The notes: generated from the sequence alone by a model not told the origin. Positions 1 to 8,036 are shown, counted from the first letter of the stretch. The stretch is 32,000 bases of DNA from an uncultured archaeon (GCA_964648855.1 CAZYLT010000009.1:30001-62000), one strand, 5' to 3'. Translations and numbers: made by a program.

Positions 1-243
1 GCTGGACCATTCTCTAAACAATCGAGAGAATTTTCCCTCATCAACTCTTTCAGCGGATTGGAGAGCTTCTTTCTTGGAATCAAAAGCATATCCGGAATTA
101 GTTAGTTCAGGAAGAACAAGAACTTCCACATCATTTTTTCTTGCTTGGTCTAAGATCTTCCTTGTCTTTTGCAGATTCTCGTCAATTTCGCCAATTCTAG
201 GTTCTATCTGACCTAAACCAATTCTCATAGTTCTCAGCTCCAT
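1..243 (-). CDS. Carbon-nitrogen hydrolase (nitrilase superfamily), N-terminal part, running off the window edge
   Basis: Not in the ORF track. Hand translation from ATG 243: MELRTMRIGLGQIEPRIGEIDENLQKTRKILDQARKNDVEVLVLPELTNSGYAF..., the typical nitrilase-family N-terminus with the catalytic Glu in VLPEL. Confidence 0.88.
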   Translation of the reverse strand, partial: MELRTMRIGLGQIEPRIGEIDENLQKTRKILDQARKNDVEVLVLPELTNSGYAFDSKKEALQSAERVDEGKFSRLFREWSS

Positions 244-334
244 ATCTCAATCAGTCCTCAATCTACTCCACATAATTTGTGTTTTCATTGAGCAGATATC
301 CAATTAGCGTCAATGAACTGAAGCGATTGTGTTC

Positions 335-1141
335 CTATGAGGCTATTATGCGCTTCGTCCTTAACATCAAGTTATAGGTTCGTTTTAGTTCTCTTCTCAG
401 GTCAACGTCCCATACTAAACGAACCACTTCATATTTTGACCTGAGATTCCTGTAGATAGTAGAAAGCTCAGAGTAGCGCTCCTTCAGTCTCTTGGGGTTC
501 CTTTCTCCCTTCATTGCTGCTTCTTTGAGGGTTCGTATTTTTGCTTCTAGTGATCCAATCTCAGATTTCGACATTTTCTCTAGGGATGCATAGAGCAATT
601 CGTTGCTGGCCTGATTCACTAGTTGAAGCCGTGTCCATCTGATTACAGTACTGCCTATCTCTTCTAACACGACAGAAAACTCTTTGGATCCTAGGACTGA
701 ACGTTCCTTATTCTTTTTCAGATATCGCTCTCTATCCTTACTTCGCAGATGCGGGAACAAGAGAACGCCAGGCCTAAGCCTGATGCAAGGGGCACGATGT
801 ATGATTCTCTGGACTCTCTTCTTTTGCCCAGCTGTTGGTGCTGCAAACTGATACCAGACAATCGCGAAGACCTTCTTAGCCCGAACTTCTGGGTCTCTTG
901 ATCTGACAGGAGGAATATCTCGTACTCTGCGGAACCTGAAGTGTGAGATCTCTGCGAGTAGATGCTTGATATGCGGGGTTCCCTGTGAAATCAGGTAGAT
1001 TCCATTTCCTACCCTGGATATCTCTTCCTCTTCCAGTAGCTTGGGATTGATCTTATGTCTCTTGGGAAGGATGACCAATCTTGCATCCGCAGAGATCTCG
1101 GGCTTGACATCAGTACCTTCCCGTCGCTTTGCGTTACTTAT
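335..1141 (-). CDS. Basic hypothetical protein with a ChrB_N/PaaX-central (Cas2-like) domain and C-terminal helical bundle
   Basis: ORF track gives 335..1078 (TTG). The frame stays open to 1144, and GGAGGTG (1154-1148) lies 6 nt before ATA at 1141. FAIVWYQFAAP..KKRVQRIIHR...LRPGVLLFP resembles the ChrB_N/PaaX pattern. The start and the family are both uncertain. Confidence 0.6.
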   Translation of the reverse strand: MSNAKRREGTDVKPEISADARLVILPKRHKINPKLLEEEEISRVGNGIYLISQGTPHIKHLLAEISHFRFRRVRDIPPVRSRDPEVRAKKVFAIVWYQFAAPTAGQKKRVQRIIHRAPCIRLRPGVLLFPHLRSKDRERYLKKNKERSVLGSKEFSVVLEEIGSTVIRWTRLQLVNQASNELLYASLEKMSKSEIGSLEAKIRTLKEAAMKGERNPKRLKERYSELSTIYRNLRSKYEVVRLVWDVDLRRELKRTYNLMLRTKRIIAS

Positions 1142-1433
1142 CGGTCACACCTCCGCTATCTCTAACAATGACCCGCTTTCATACGAAGCCGTTTTAACAA
1201 TTGCTCGTGAGAGTGCCTGAGTGACATTTAATAATTATCCTCATTTTGTTGATAGGCGCCTGATGAGGATTATGAGTGTCTATTTTTGATTGATAAGGCG
1301 TGATTATTTTACTAGTCGCAAATTATGTTCTATTTGTGGTCTAATCCTGAATAACTTGCCCCATCATGCCATTGGCTTGGCTACTTCATACTTAGATGGA
1401 AAAACCGAAGGGACGCTTTGAGGTGAAAAAATC

Positions 1434-1532
1434 ATGGTCTTTGACGAAGAATGGGATGACGATGAAGATACTGACGACGATGAAGACTGGGATGATGATG
1501 AAGACTGGGACGATGACGACGACGATTGGTAA
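1434..1532 (+). CDS. 32-aa hyper-acidic Trp-repeat micropeptide MVFDEEWDDDEDTDDDEDWDDDEDWDDDDDDW
   Basis: GAGGTGA RBS at 1420-1426, ATG 1434, TAA 1530-1532, synonymous GAT/GAC variation between repeats, and a downstream hairpin plus T-tract. Confidence 0.8.
   Translation: MVFDEEWDDDEDTDDDEDWDDDEDWDDDDDDW
1452..1523 (+). repeat. Four tandem imperfect 18-bp units encoding (W/T)DDD(E/D)D
   Basis: TGGGATGACGATGAAGAT / ACTGACGACGATGAAGAC / TGGGATGATGATGAAGAC / TGGGACGATGACGACGAC. Confidence 0.9.
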
Positions 1533-1581
1533 GTCGTATGACTCTCAGCCTGGGCATTATTCCAAAACATGAAAGTAAATT

Positions 1582-1630
1582 GGACGATTGGCCCGAGTCT
1601 AAGACTTGGGCCAGGTCCTATTTGTTTTTG
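1582..1630 (+). terminator. Hairpin + T-tract terminator between the micropeptide gene and the convergent MTAP gene
   Basis: TGGCCCGAGTC-TAA-GACTTGGGCCA (1589-1613, one G-U pair), extended by GGAC/GTCC and followed by TATTTGTTTTTG. Confidence 0.7.
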
Positions 1631-2491
1631 CTAAAACAATCCACCTTTCAGAGCAGTCTGACAGGAACACTCTGCTTCTTTTGGTATGTTCTCAATCATT
1701 GCAAAGGTAAGTTTCCGAACCCGCTCAATATTCCTTGACATGGTTTCGAGAACTTTCTCATGAGTTACATGTTCTTCGGCGTGGACGTCGTAGTCTGTAG
1801 GCATGGAGATATTTACGAAACAAATGCCTGCTTCACGAGCCAAGGGTGCTTCTGGATAGGCTGTCATCCCAATGACATCCCAACCTTGGTTGTGGAAAAA
1901 AATCGATTCTGCAGCAGTTGAGAATCTTGGACCATTTATGCATACGTATGTCCCGCCATCGTGAACCTTGAATCCCAAATCATCAGCTGTTCCTAGGGCA
2001 GTCTTTCTCAGCTCTGGACAAAACGGTTCTCCAAAGGGAAGATGAGCAATTGTTCCTCCTTCAAAGAAAGTGTCCTTTCGTTGTCCGAAAGTTCGATCGA
2101 ATATCTGATCTGCAATCACAAACTCGCCAAGCTTGATTTTCTCTGGCTGCAAGCTTCCGCAGGCAGCAGGGCTGATGATTCTCTTGACCCCCAACGCCTT
2201 CATTCCCCAGATATTCGCACGGTAGTTGATTGCATGTGGTGGGATTGTGTGCGCCCTAGCGTGACGAGCAAGGAATGCAAAGCTCCTTCCTTTAACCGTC
2301 CCGACAATGAAATTGTCCGATGGTGCACCGAAGGGCGTGAAGACCTTCGTTTCAATTGGGTTTTCAATCATCTCTGGATCATAATTTCCACTACCTCCAA
2401 ACAATCCTATCTCAACTGGAAGTAGGTTTTCTAGGTCTCCTTTCTTCTTTCTATCTACTGGTACAAATTCTAGTTCAGCCTTAAATGCCAT
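1631..2491 (-). CDS. mtnP: S-methyl-5'-thioadenosine phosphorylase
   Basis: IGLFGGSG, TPFGAPS, FLARH, NYRANIW, GPRFSTAAES, VIGMT, TDYD (adenine-specificity Asp pair) and a C-terminal CSC motif. Start moved to ATG 2491 (MAFKAEL), which has a GGAG upstream. Confidence 0.93.
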   Translation of the reverse strand: MAFKAELEFVPVDRKKKGDLENLLPVEIGLFGGSGNYDPEMIENPIETKVFTPFGAPSDNFIVGTVKGRSFAFLARHARAHTIPPHAINYRANIWGMKALGVKRIISPAACGSLQPEKIKLGEFVIADQIFDRTFGQRKDTFFEGGTIAHLPFGEPFCPELRKTALGTADDLGFKVHDGGTYVCINGPRFSTAAESIFFHNQGWDVIGMTAYPEAPLAREAGICFVNISMPTDYDVHAEEHVTHEKVLETMSRNIERVRKLTFAMIENIPKEAECSCQTALKGGLF

Positions 2492-2594
2492 ATACTGATT
2501 CAGCTCCAAATCTGTGCTGGAGATAAGCAATGAGTACTTGCATTTATAGCTAATGAATCGTGGTGATAGTTGAATAACCAAATGGCATGCTGGC

Positions 2595-3269
2595 CTATTT
2601 CAGTTTCCACACCTTGTCTTTAGGATACTCTATCTTCTCGAGATATCCCATATGTGCTTTCACCTTAGAGAGACGTTCATCGGAGAGCACGATATTATTG
2701 TACTCTCTCAAATGCTTCTTCAGTTCCGCCGTTGTGAGTTCGCTAACCTTCTCTCCTTGGAAAATCTTCATAATGAGCGAAGTCAGGTCTTCATAGAAAT
2801 TCCACGGCCATATCTCCCATGCCCAAGTCACTTCGACGCCGAAATAATCAGGAACGAATTTTGATCCGGCAATATGCATGAGAGTTGCTGATTTGACATC
2901 CGCAGGTTTCCCAGTGTCTGTAACATGGTTGACAGCCATGGTCAAGCTTTCGCCAGTATCTGTGATATCGTCAACGACAAGGACCTGCATATCTTCAACA
3001 TCGCCAATAAGTGGGCAGGTGAGTTTAGCTTTGCCATCCTTTGTTGCAGTAACACCCCAGTGGTCCACTTTCACGCTGTAGAGGTCTTTCACTCCCAATA
3101 GATCACACTGAATCCGAGCATGAACCCAGCCTCCACGAGCCACTCCAACAATTGCTTCTGGCCTCCATCCAGATTCCTTGATTCTTTGGGCTGTCTGATA
3201 GGCGTAGTTTGCAATATCATCATAGTCAAGAATGTAGCAAAGAGGACCTTTGAGTTCCATAGTTGTCAC
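2595..3269 (-). CDS. Type I purine phosphoribosyltransferase (archaeal HGXPRT/Gpt-like)
   Basis: IVGVARGG, PRPP-binding VLVVDDITDTGESL, PDYF...W..WPW. Start is GTG 3269 or ATG 3260. Confidence 0.9.
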   Translation of the reverse strand: MTTMELKGPLCYILDYDDIANYAYQTAQRIKESGWRPEAIVGVARGGWVHARIQCDLLGVKDLYSVKVDHWGVTATKDGKAKLTCPLIGDVEDMQVLVVDDITDTGESLTMAVNHVTDTGKPADVKSATLMHIAGSKFVPDYFGVEVTWAWEIWPWNFYEDLTSLIMKIFQGEKVSELTTAELKKHLREYNNIVLSDERLSKVKAHMGYLEKIEYPKDKVWKLK

Positions 3270-3379
3270 GAACCTCGTACCATTCCCGAACTTGCCATGA
3301 TAAAAATATGTCTACGTGTAGGTGATTCATCTGTGAGGTAAAGTCTATTTTTAGTAATCCTTGGCTCGATTCATATCAT

Positions 3380-4225
3380 TCAATTTTCAATAGTAACCGA
3401 TATGGAATCAAACTCGCCAGGAGTGTATTCTATCTGAATATCAATGATTTCCCCCTTTCTCACTCTTCTCTCATGTTCAAGAGGTACGAATAGATGTTTC
3501 CAACCATCCTCAGGGCGAAGGAGTACTTTCGGAATAAGCTCTGCTTCAAACATTCCAACAATACCATGCACCACTCCATTCCTTACGACTTCAAAAGAAA
3601 GCTCTTCGGAAACATGAAAATCAGTATTCAAATCCCTATATTCGACATGGAAAAGAACCTGCATATCAGCCAAATCGTCAACCTCGCCTAAGCCACCCAC
3701 AGACTGAGGCATCCTCGGAAATTCCAAGTTTCCCACCTGGAACCTGTTCATCGTATATTTGCTTTGAACTGGAAACGCATACACGGTGGTAGATTTTGGG
3801 ATGATTCTGCCGTTCTTGGCGAGTAGCCTACCATTTGCTCGAAGCACAGCTGGAATTTGTTGCTCAACCAATAGCATGGATGAAAGCATCTCACATATGA
3901 CAATGTCCGCTTTCATATCTGGAATGAATTCATCATAATGAGCATGAATGAATTTGATACGGTCTTCCCACCCATTGATTTTCGAAGCTCTGCGAGCGTA
4001 TTCAATATTCTGCAAGGAAACATCAATTCCGATCACTGATTTGGCACCCGCCTTTGCAGCTAGAAATGCTAGGATGCCTGTACCAGTTCCAATATCAAAT
4101 ACAATAGAATCTGCAGTAACAAGGTCATTGATTGCCCTTGAAAATTTGTTAATTCTTGATTTTTGACTCAATAGATTAACAGCGTGAAGAAGAGTAAACG
4201 GATTGTCATAGGAAGCACGAGTCAT
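3380..4225 (-). CDS. PRMT-like class I SAM-dependent methyltransferase
   Basis: VFDIGTGTGILAFLAAKAGAKSVIGID, double-E loop ICEMLSSMLLVE, LAKNGRIIP, NGVVHGIVGMF, DGWKHLFVPL. Start moved to ATG 4225 (MTRASY), which removes the overlap with the divergent gene. Confidence 0.82.
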   Translation of the reverse strand: MTRASYDNPFTLLHAVNLLSQKSRINKFSRAINDLVTADSIVFDIGTGTGILAFLAAKAGAKSVIGIDVSLQNIEYARRASKINGWEDRIKFIHAHYDEFIPDMKADIVICEMLSSMLLVEQQIPAVLRANGRLLAKNGRIIPKSTTVYAFPVQSKYTMNRFQVGNLEFPRMPQSVGGLGEVDDLADMQVLFHVEYRDLNTDFHVSEELSFEVVRNGVVHGIVGMFEAELIPKVLLRPEDGWKHLFVPLEHERRVRKGEIIDIQIEYTPGEFDSISVTIEN

Positions 4226-4340
4226 TTTATTGCCATAACGAATCCTACTTATAATCAATTGGTGAAAAACTAGATAGAACGAGAGAACCGAACCCATCAT
4301 TTCTGATGGCACTCTGGAATCACTACCGGATTGACTAGCC

Positions 4341-5501
4341 TTGAACAAATCAGATTTAGCTCGCGCCAGAAAGGCAATTGAGATGGGTCAAATAGACGAG
4401 GCGCTCTCGATTCTTGAACCCATTGCTCGTCATTCCTACGATAATCCAGATCCGCTTGTCTACTTAGGAATTGCATATGTACAAGCAGAGAAACCTCAAG
4501 CAGCGGTTTCTGTCCTTGAGGATGCAAAGGATTTGGTCGAAGACCATCCTGTGATTGAGCTGTTTCTAGGACGCGCTCTGATGGCTTTGGGCAGATATGA
4601 GGAGGCAGAAGAAGAACTATCTATATCTGTAGATTTGGATCCAGCTGAGCCAAGAGCATGGGATGATCTTGGAAAGGTATTCTATGCGCAAGGAAAATAT
4701 TCTGAGGCTATCAACGCACTTCGAAAAGGATTAGAACACTATCCTGATGATATTCGATTACAATCAATGCTTGCATTATCACTTTACCGTCTGGGCGATT
4801 ATGAGAGCTCAATATCCTGTTGGGGGAAAGTTGTAGAGAACAACCCCGATTTCCTGACTGCAAAATCCAACTATGCCTATCTCCTTCTGGCAAAGGATCG
4901 CTTGAGGGAGGCTATTCCAATGGTGGAGGAGATTCTAGCAAACAATCCTGATGACTATCGATCCTATCTTCTTGAGGCTGACCTAAAACTCCGGCAAGGC
5001 GACCTAAAAGCATCTCAGAAATGCCTTGAAATCCTTCTAGAACGTGATCCAGAAAATATTGAAGCACTTGTAAGAATGGCTGTCGTTGCCAAACTTCAAG
5101 GCAATTATGTAGTTAGTAATGATTACTTTGAGCTAGTTGAAGCACAAATAGATTCTGTAGAAAGCTGTTGGCAGTGTCTGTGTGAAGCTTATAGACGGCT
5201 TGGATGGAGAACTAGATACCTGAATTGTCTATTGCGCTGGTCAAAGAACGAACCTGGCTCTGCAGCCTCTTATATTGAGCTAGCACAGGTTTACACTGAT
5301 ATGGGTCATGACGAATTAGCGTTCGACGCCTGGGACCGAGCAATAGACATACTTGGCTGTGTAAGAGTATCCTGTAACCAATGCGGACATGAAGAGAAAC
5401 TCGAATCACACATTGTACGCCGCGTTCGGACCATTGGATCTATTGAATGCCCATCATGCAATTCCATGATACATCTACCGGAATCAATAATTGCCTTCTA
5501 G
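4341..5501 (+). CDS. TPR-repeat protein with C-terminal zinc ribbon
   Basis: Many TPR-like 34-aa units (e.g. AWDDLGKVFYAQGKYSEAINALRKGLEHYPDD) and a C-terminal CNQC...CPSC. Confidence 0.88.
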   Translation: MNKSDLARARKAIEMGQIDEALSILEPIARHSYDNPDPLVYLGIAYVQAEKPQAAVSVLEDAKDLVEDHPVIELFLGRALMALGRYEEAEEELSISVDLDPAEPRAWDDLGKVFYAQGKYSEAINALRKGLEHYPDDIRLQSMLALSLYRLGDYESSISCWGKVVENNPDFLTAKSNYAYLLLAKDRLREAIPMVEEILANNPDDYRSYLLEADLKLRQGDLKASQKCLEILLERDPENIEALVRMAVVAKLQGNYVVSNDYFELVEAQIDSVESCWQCLCEAYRRLGWRTRYLNCLLRWSKNEPGSAASYIELAQVYTDMGHDELAFDAWDRAIDILGCVRVSCNQCGHEEKLESHIVRRVRTIGSIECPSCNSMIHLPESIIAF

Positions 5502-5512
5502 GTGATTGGATA

Positions 5513-5947
5513 TTGCCTTCCCGTTCATATCCTAATTTTCCAATACCAGGAGTCGGAGTCGTAGTTTTTGGTGAAAAAGGAGTGTTGCTGGTCCGAAGGA
5601 CCAAAGAACCGGGGATCGGACTGTGGAGTGTACCTGGTGGTGCCATTGAAGTTGGTGAAACACAGCTAGATGCTGTACACCGAGAGGTAAGAGAAGAAAC
5701 AGGAGTCGATTGTGAAGTAGTCGGGCTCATTGATACTGATGACATAATCATTGAGGACACTAATGGCGATGTAGAGTTCCACTATCTCCTTAATCACTAC
5801 TTGGCTGTTGCTCTCTCTTCGGATGTCACACCAGAATCAGAGGCGGCTGAGGTTAAATGGTTCAGTCCGAATGAATTGCCTATGGGGGAAATGCCCGAAA
5901 AAATCGTTGCCCTGATCAATAAAGCTGAGTCTGATAAGATTCCATGA
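5513..5947 (+). CDS. Nudix hydrolase (ADP-ribose pyrophosphatase-like)
   Basis: Nudix box GGAIEVGETQLDAVHREVREETGV. Start moved to TTG 5513, after AGGTGA. Confidence 0.9.
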   Translation: MPSRSYPNFPIPGVGVVVFGEKGVLLVRRTKEPGIGLWSVPGGAIEVGETQLDAVHREVREETGVDCEVVGLIDTDDIIIEDTNGDVEFHYLLNHYLAVALSSDVTPESEAAEVKWFSPNELPMGEMPEKIVALINKAESDKIP

Positions 5948-6038
5948 AGGATTGACGCATTTGCGCCAAGAAGTATAAAAAGCGCCAATATAGTGTTGAA
6001 TGTAACTAGAAAACTACACTTCACGAGGACGAGATACA

Positions 6039-6506
6039 ATGTTTAGAACCATAATAGCACTACTAGTTGCACTAACTGTAGCGATTCTCATCGGTGCATT
6101 TCAAATTCTGGGGCTTACTATCGAAGCAATTCAAAATGAAATATTGGCAGCCCCCAGTGTTACTGATGAGTTAATGGCTAGAGGCGGCGCACTCATGAAA
6201 GTCTTGATCAAACCCTACTCATCAGCTACTTCCGCCACCCCTCTCTATGCTCCAATTGTGGCATTAGGAGTAGCTGGGTTTATTGCAGGGCTTGTTTCCA
6301 AAAGCGGTGTACGCATGCTGTTTGTTTCGCTCATAACCATTGGAGTGATTTTCGTTGGTTATGCGGTCTTATCTATGGGGGCTCAGCTTCAAGTTGACAT
6401 TCTAGCATCACTTGCTGAAAATATTGCAATAGATATAGGCGCTGCCTTTGGGCTGCTATTCATACCAGGCATAATCGGTGCGAAATTGACAGCAGAAGAG
6501 TATTGA
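6039..6506 (+). CDS. Hypothetical membrane protein (about 4 TM)
   Basis: Four hydrophobic segments; followed by a terminator hairpin. Confidence 0.8.
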   Translation: MFRTIIALLVALTVAILIGAFQILGLTIEAIQNEILAAPSVTDELMARGGALMKVLIKPYSSATSATPLYAPIVALGVAGFIAGLVSKSGVRMLFVSLITIGVIFVGYAVLSMGAQLQVDILASLAENIAIDIGAAFGLLFIPGIIGAKLTAEEY

Positions 6507-6513
6507 GACACTC

Positions 6514-6546
6514 AGGGGGGGTCTTCTCCCCCTTATTCTATTTTTT
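6514..6546 (+). terminator. Hairpin + T-tract terminator
   Basis: AGGGGGGG-TCTT-CTCCCCCT followed by TATTCTATTTTTT, between convergent genes. Confidence 0.7.
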
Positions 6547-8036
6547 CAGTTCGGTTTAAGGATTGAATCCATACTATTTGACGAGAGTTGGAGAAACTCC
6601 TCCAGAAATTCATTTTCAACGAAGGCTCCAGCAGCCATCGGGTGACCTCCTGCTTCAATAACTGTTCTTCCCTCTCTCTTGTTGATATCCTTCGCCACAC
6701 CAGTGAATAGTTCCTTTAGGTTAATGCCTCGGCCGATTAAATCTTTACGAGCGCGGCCGGATATCTTAACAAGAGTTGTTTCATTTGTCGTATTTGTACT
6801 TATTCCGATAACCGGTCTATCCCAGGGGATTATTTTGGAGCCTTGCGCCATTCCAATCACAATGCCGATAATCGTATCCTGTGTTTCAGGATCATTGACA
6901 ATATACATCCCAGGTCTCTCGTCATAACCATCCGTTTCGATTCTTCGCAAGGCAGAAGCAAGGTTCGCGCGGTGTTGTCGCAAGAGATCCCTACCCTCTA
7001 TTATTGCCTCGGTTTCTCCCAAACAAACTCTTACCCCCACTTCAGCCCTCCTATTTCGCCCGCAGGCATTCAACATGGTGGAGAATTCCTTTGCTGTCCT
7101 TAGCTCGCTTCTCTCAGGCCTGCTAAGAAGATTGACGACATCTCCAACGATGCCTTGTGCTATTGCTGGATTTTCGTAGGTTTCTAAGATGTGTGCTACA
7201 AGCCTCTGGATAACCCTCTTTTTGTCGCCATTCTCGAGGTCCATCCAGACCTTATATCGATCATCTTCATCCTTGATATCAATATTCAAATCAGAATAGA
7301 ATGAGAAACAAGATTCTTCATCCCCTGTGATGCCCGGCAAGTAAGGGTCAGTTGCATAGCACAGAAGATAGGGAAGTGGCCGGGTATTGATTCCAAAGAA
7401 TGTGAGGTCCCTGTCAACAGAAATGAATCCTGAATCTATCCCCAAATCAAGGATTTGTTTGTTGAGTCCACGAAATCCCCTTCCATAATATCGTTGAAGG
7501 TCTCCTGTAGCACCCACCATGGCTAGTTCAACAAGGTCAATGTTCTTTTGATTATAGAAATATGCTAATAGAAAGGCCACCCCTGCCCCAGAGATATCGG
7601 AGCTCCCACTTAGACCATGCTGGCATGGATTGATCTCAATAATCTCCGCTTTTCTGTTGTGTTTGTCGAGGGGGTTTCTATCGCCGGGTAAATGGTGATC
7701 CAGAATCACTATGCTTCTGACAAATGACAAATCTGCGAGAATTGATTCTATCAGGGGATACTGGCCCGTTCCTAGGTCAGTGAAGATTATTGTGTCAGGC
7801 TTCTCCGACTCTGCCAATTCTAGGACTGTCAAAATGCTTTCTGAATTGAGTTGATGGATATTTTTCCAGCTGTGTTCTTTTCCTTCACGTTCCAAGAACT
7901 GCACTATGATTGCCATGGCCGTGATACCGTCAGTATCAATATGTGAGATTGCCAAAACTTTCTCGGATTGCTTGATGGCCTCAATAGCATCTTGTACTTT
8001 CTCATTCATAGAACTTGGAATCTCAAGCATATTCAT
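6546..8036 (-). CDS. recJ: Archaeal RecJ-like DHH phosphoesterase (RecJ/GAN/Cdc45 family)
   Basis: SHIDTDG, FTDLG, ILDHH, GATGD, EFSTMLNACGR, KISGR and DHHA1 motif AGGHPMAAGA. Confidence 0.9.
   Translation of the reverse strand: MNMLEIPSSMNEKVQDAIEAIKQSEKVLAISHIDTDGITAMAIIVQFLEREGKEHSWKNIHQLNSESILTVLELAESEKPDTIIFTDLGTGQYPLIESILADLSFVRSIVILDHHLPGDRNPLDKHNRKAEIIEINPCQHGLSGSSDISGAGVAFLLAYFYNQKNIDLVELAMVGATGDLQRYYGRGFRGLNKQILDLGIDSGFISVDRDLTFFGINTRPLPYLLCYATDPYLPGITGDEESCFSFYSDLNIDIKDEDDRYKVWMDLENGDKKRVIQRLVAHILETYENPAIAQGIVGDVVNLLSRPERSELRTAKEFSTMLNACGRNRRAEVGVRVCLGETEAIIEGRDLLRQHRANLASALRRIETDGYDERPGMYIVNDPETQDTIIGIVIGMAQGSKIIPWDRPVIGISTNTTNETTLVKISGRARKDLIGRGINLKELFTGVAKDINKREGRTVIEAGGHPMAAGAFVENEFLEEFLQLSSNSMDSILKPN

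Noticed and set aside
335-1078. A true Cas2 / CRISPR-Cas locus
   Set aside because: No cas1, other cas genes or array in the window; the protein is much longer than Cas2 and lacks the YDI-type motif.
1452-1523. Short repeats as a CRISPR array or non-coding microsatellite
   Set aside because: There are no spacers, and the units are in-frame 18-mers with mainly synonymous variation.
1364-1570. Minus-strand poly-Ser ORF in the track
   Set aside because: Antisense shadow of the acidic micropeptide; the RBS and terminator support the plus strand.
2492-5512. Long N-terminal extensions in the ORF track (MTAP from 2581, methyltransferase from 4348, Nudix from 5447)
   Set aside because: They overlap neighbours or lie before better-supported internal starts and show no family similarity.
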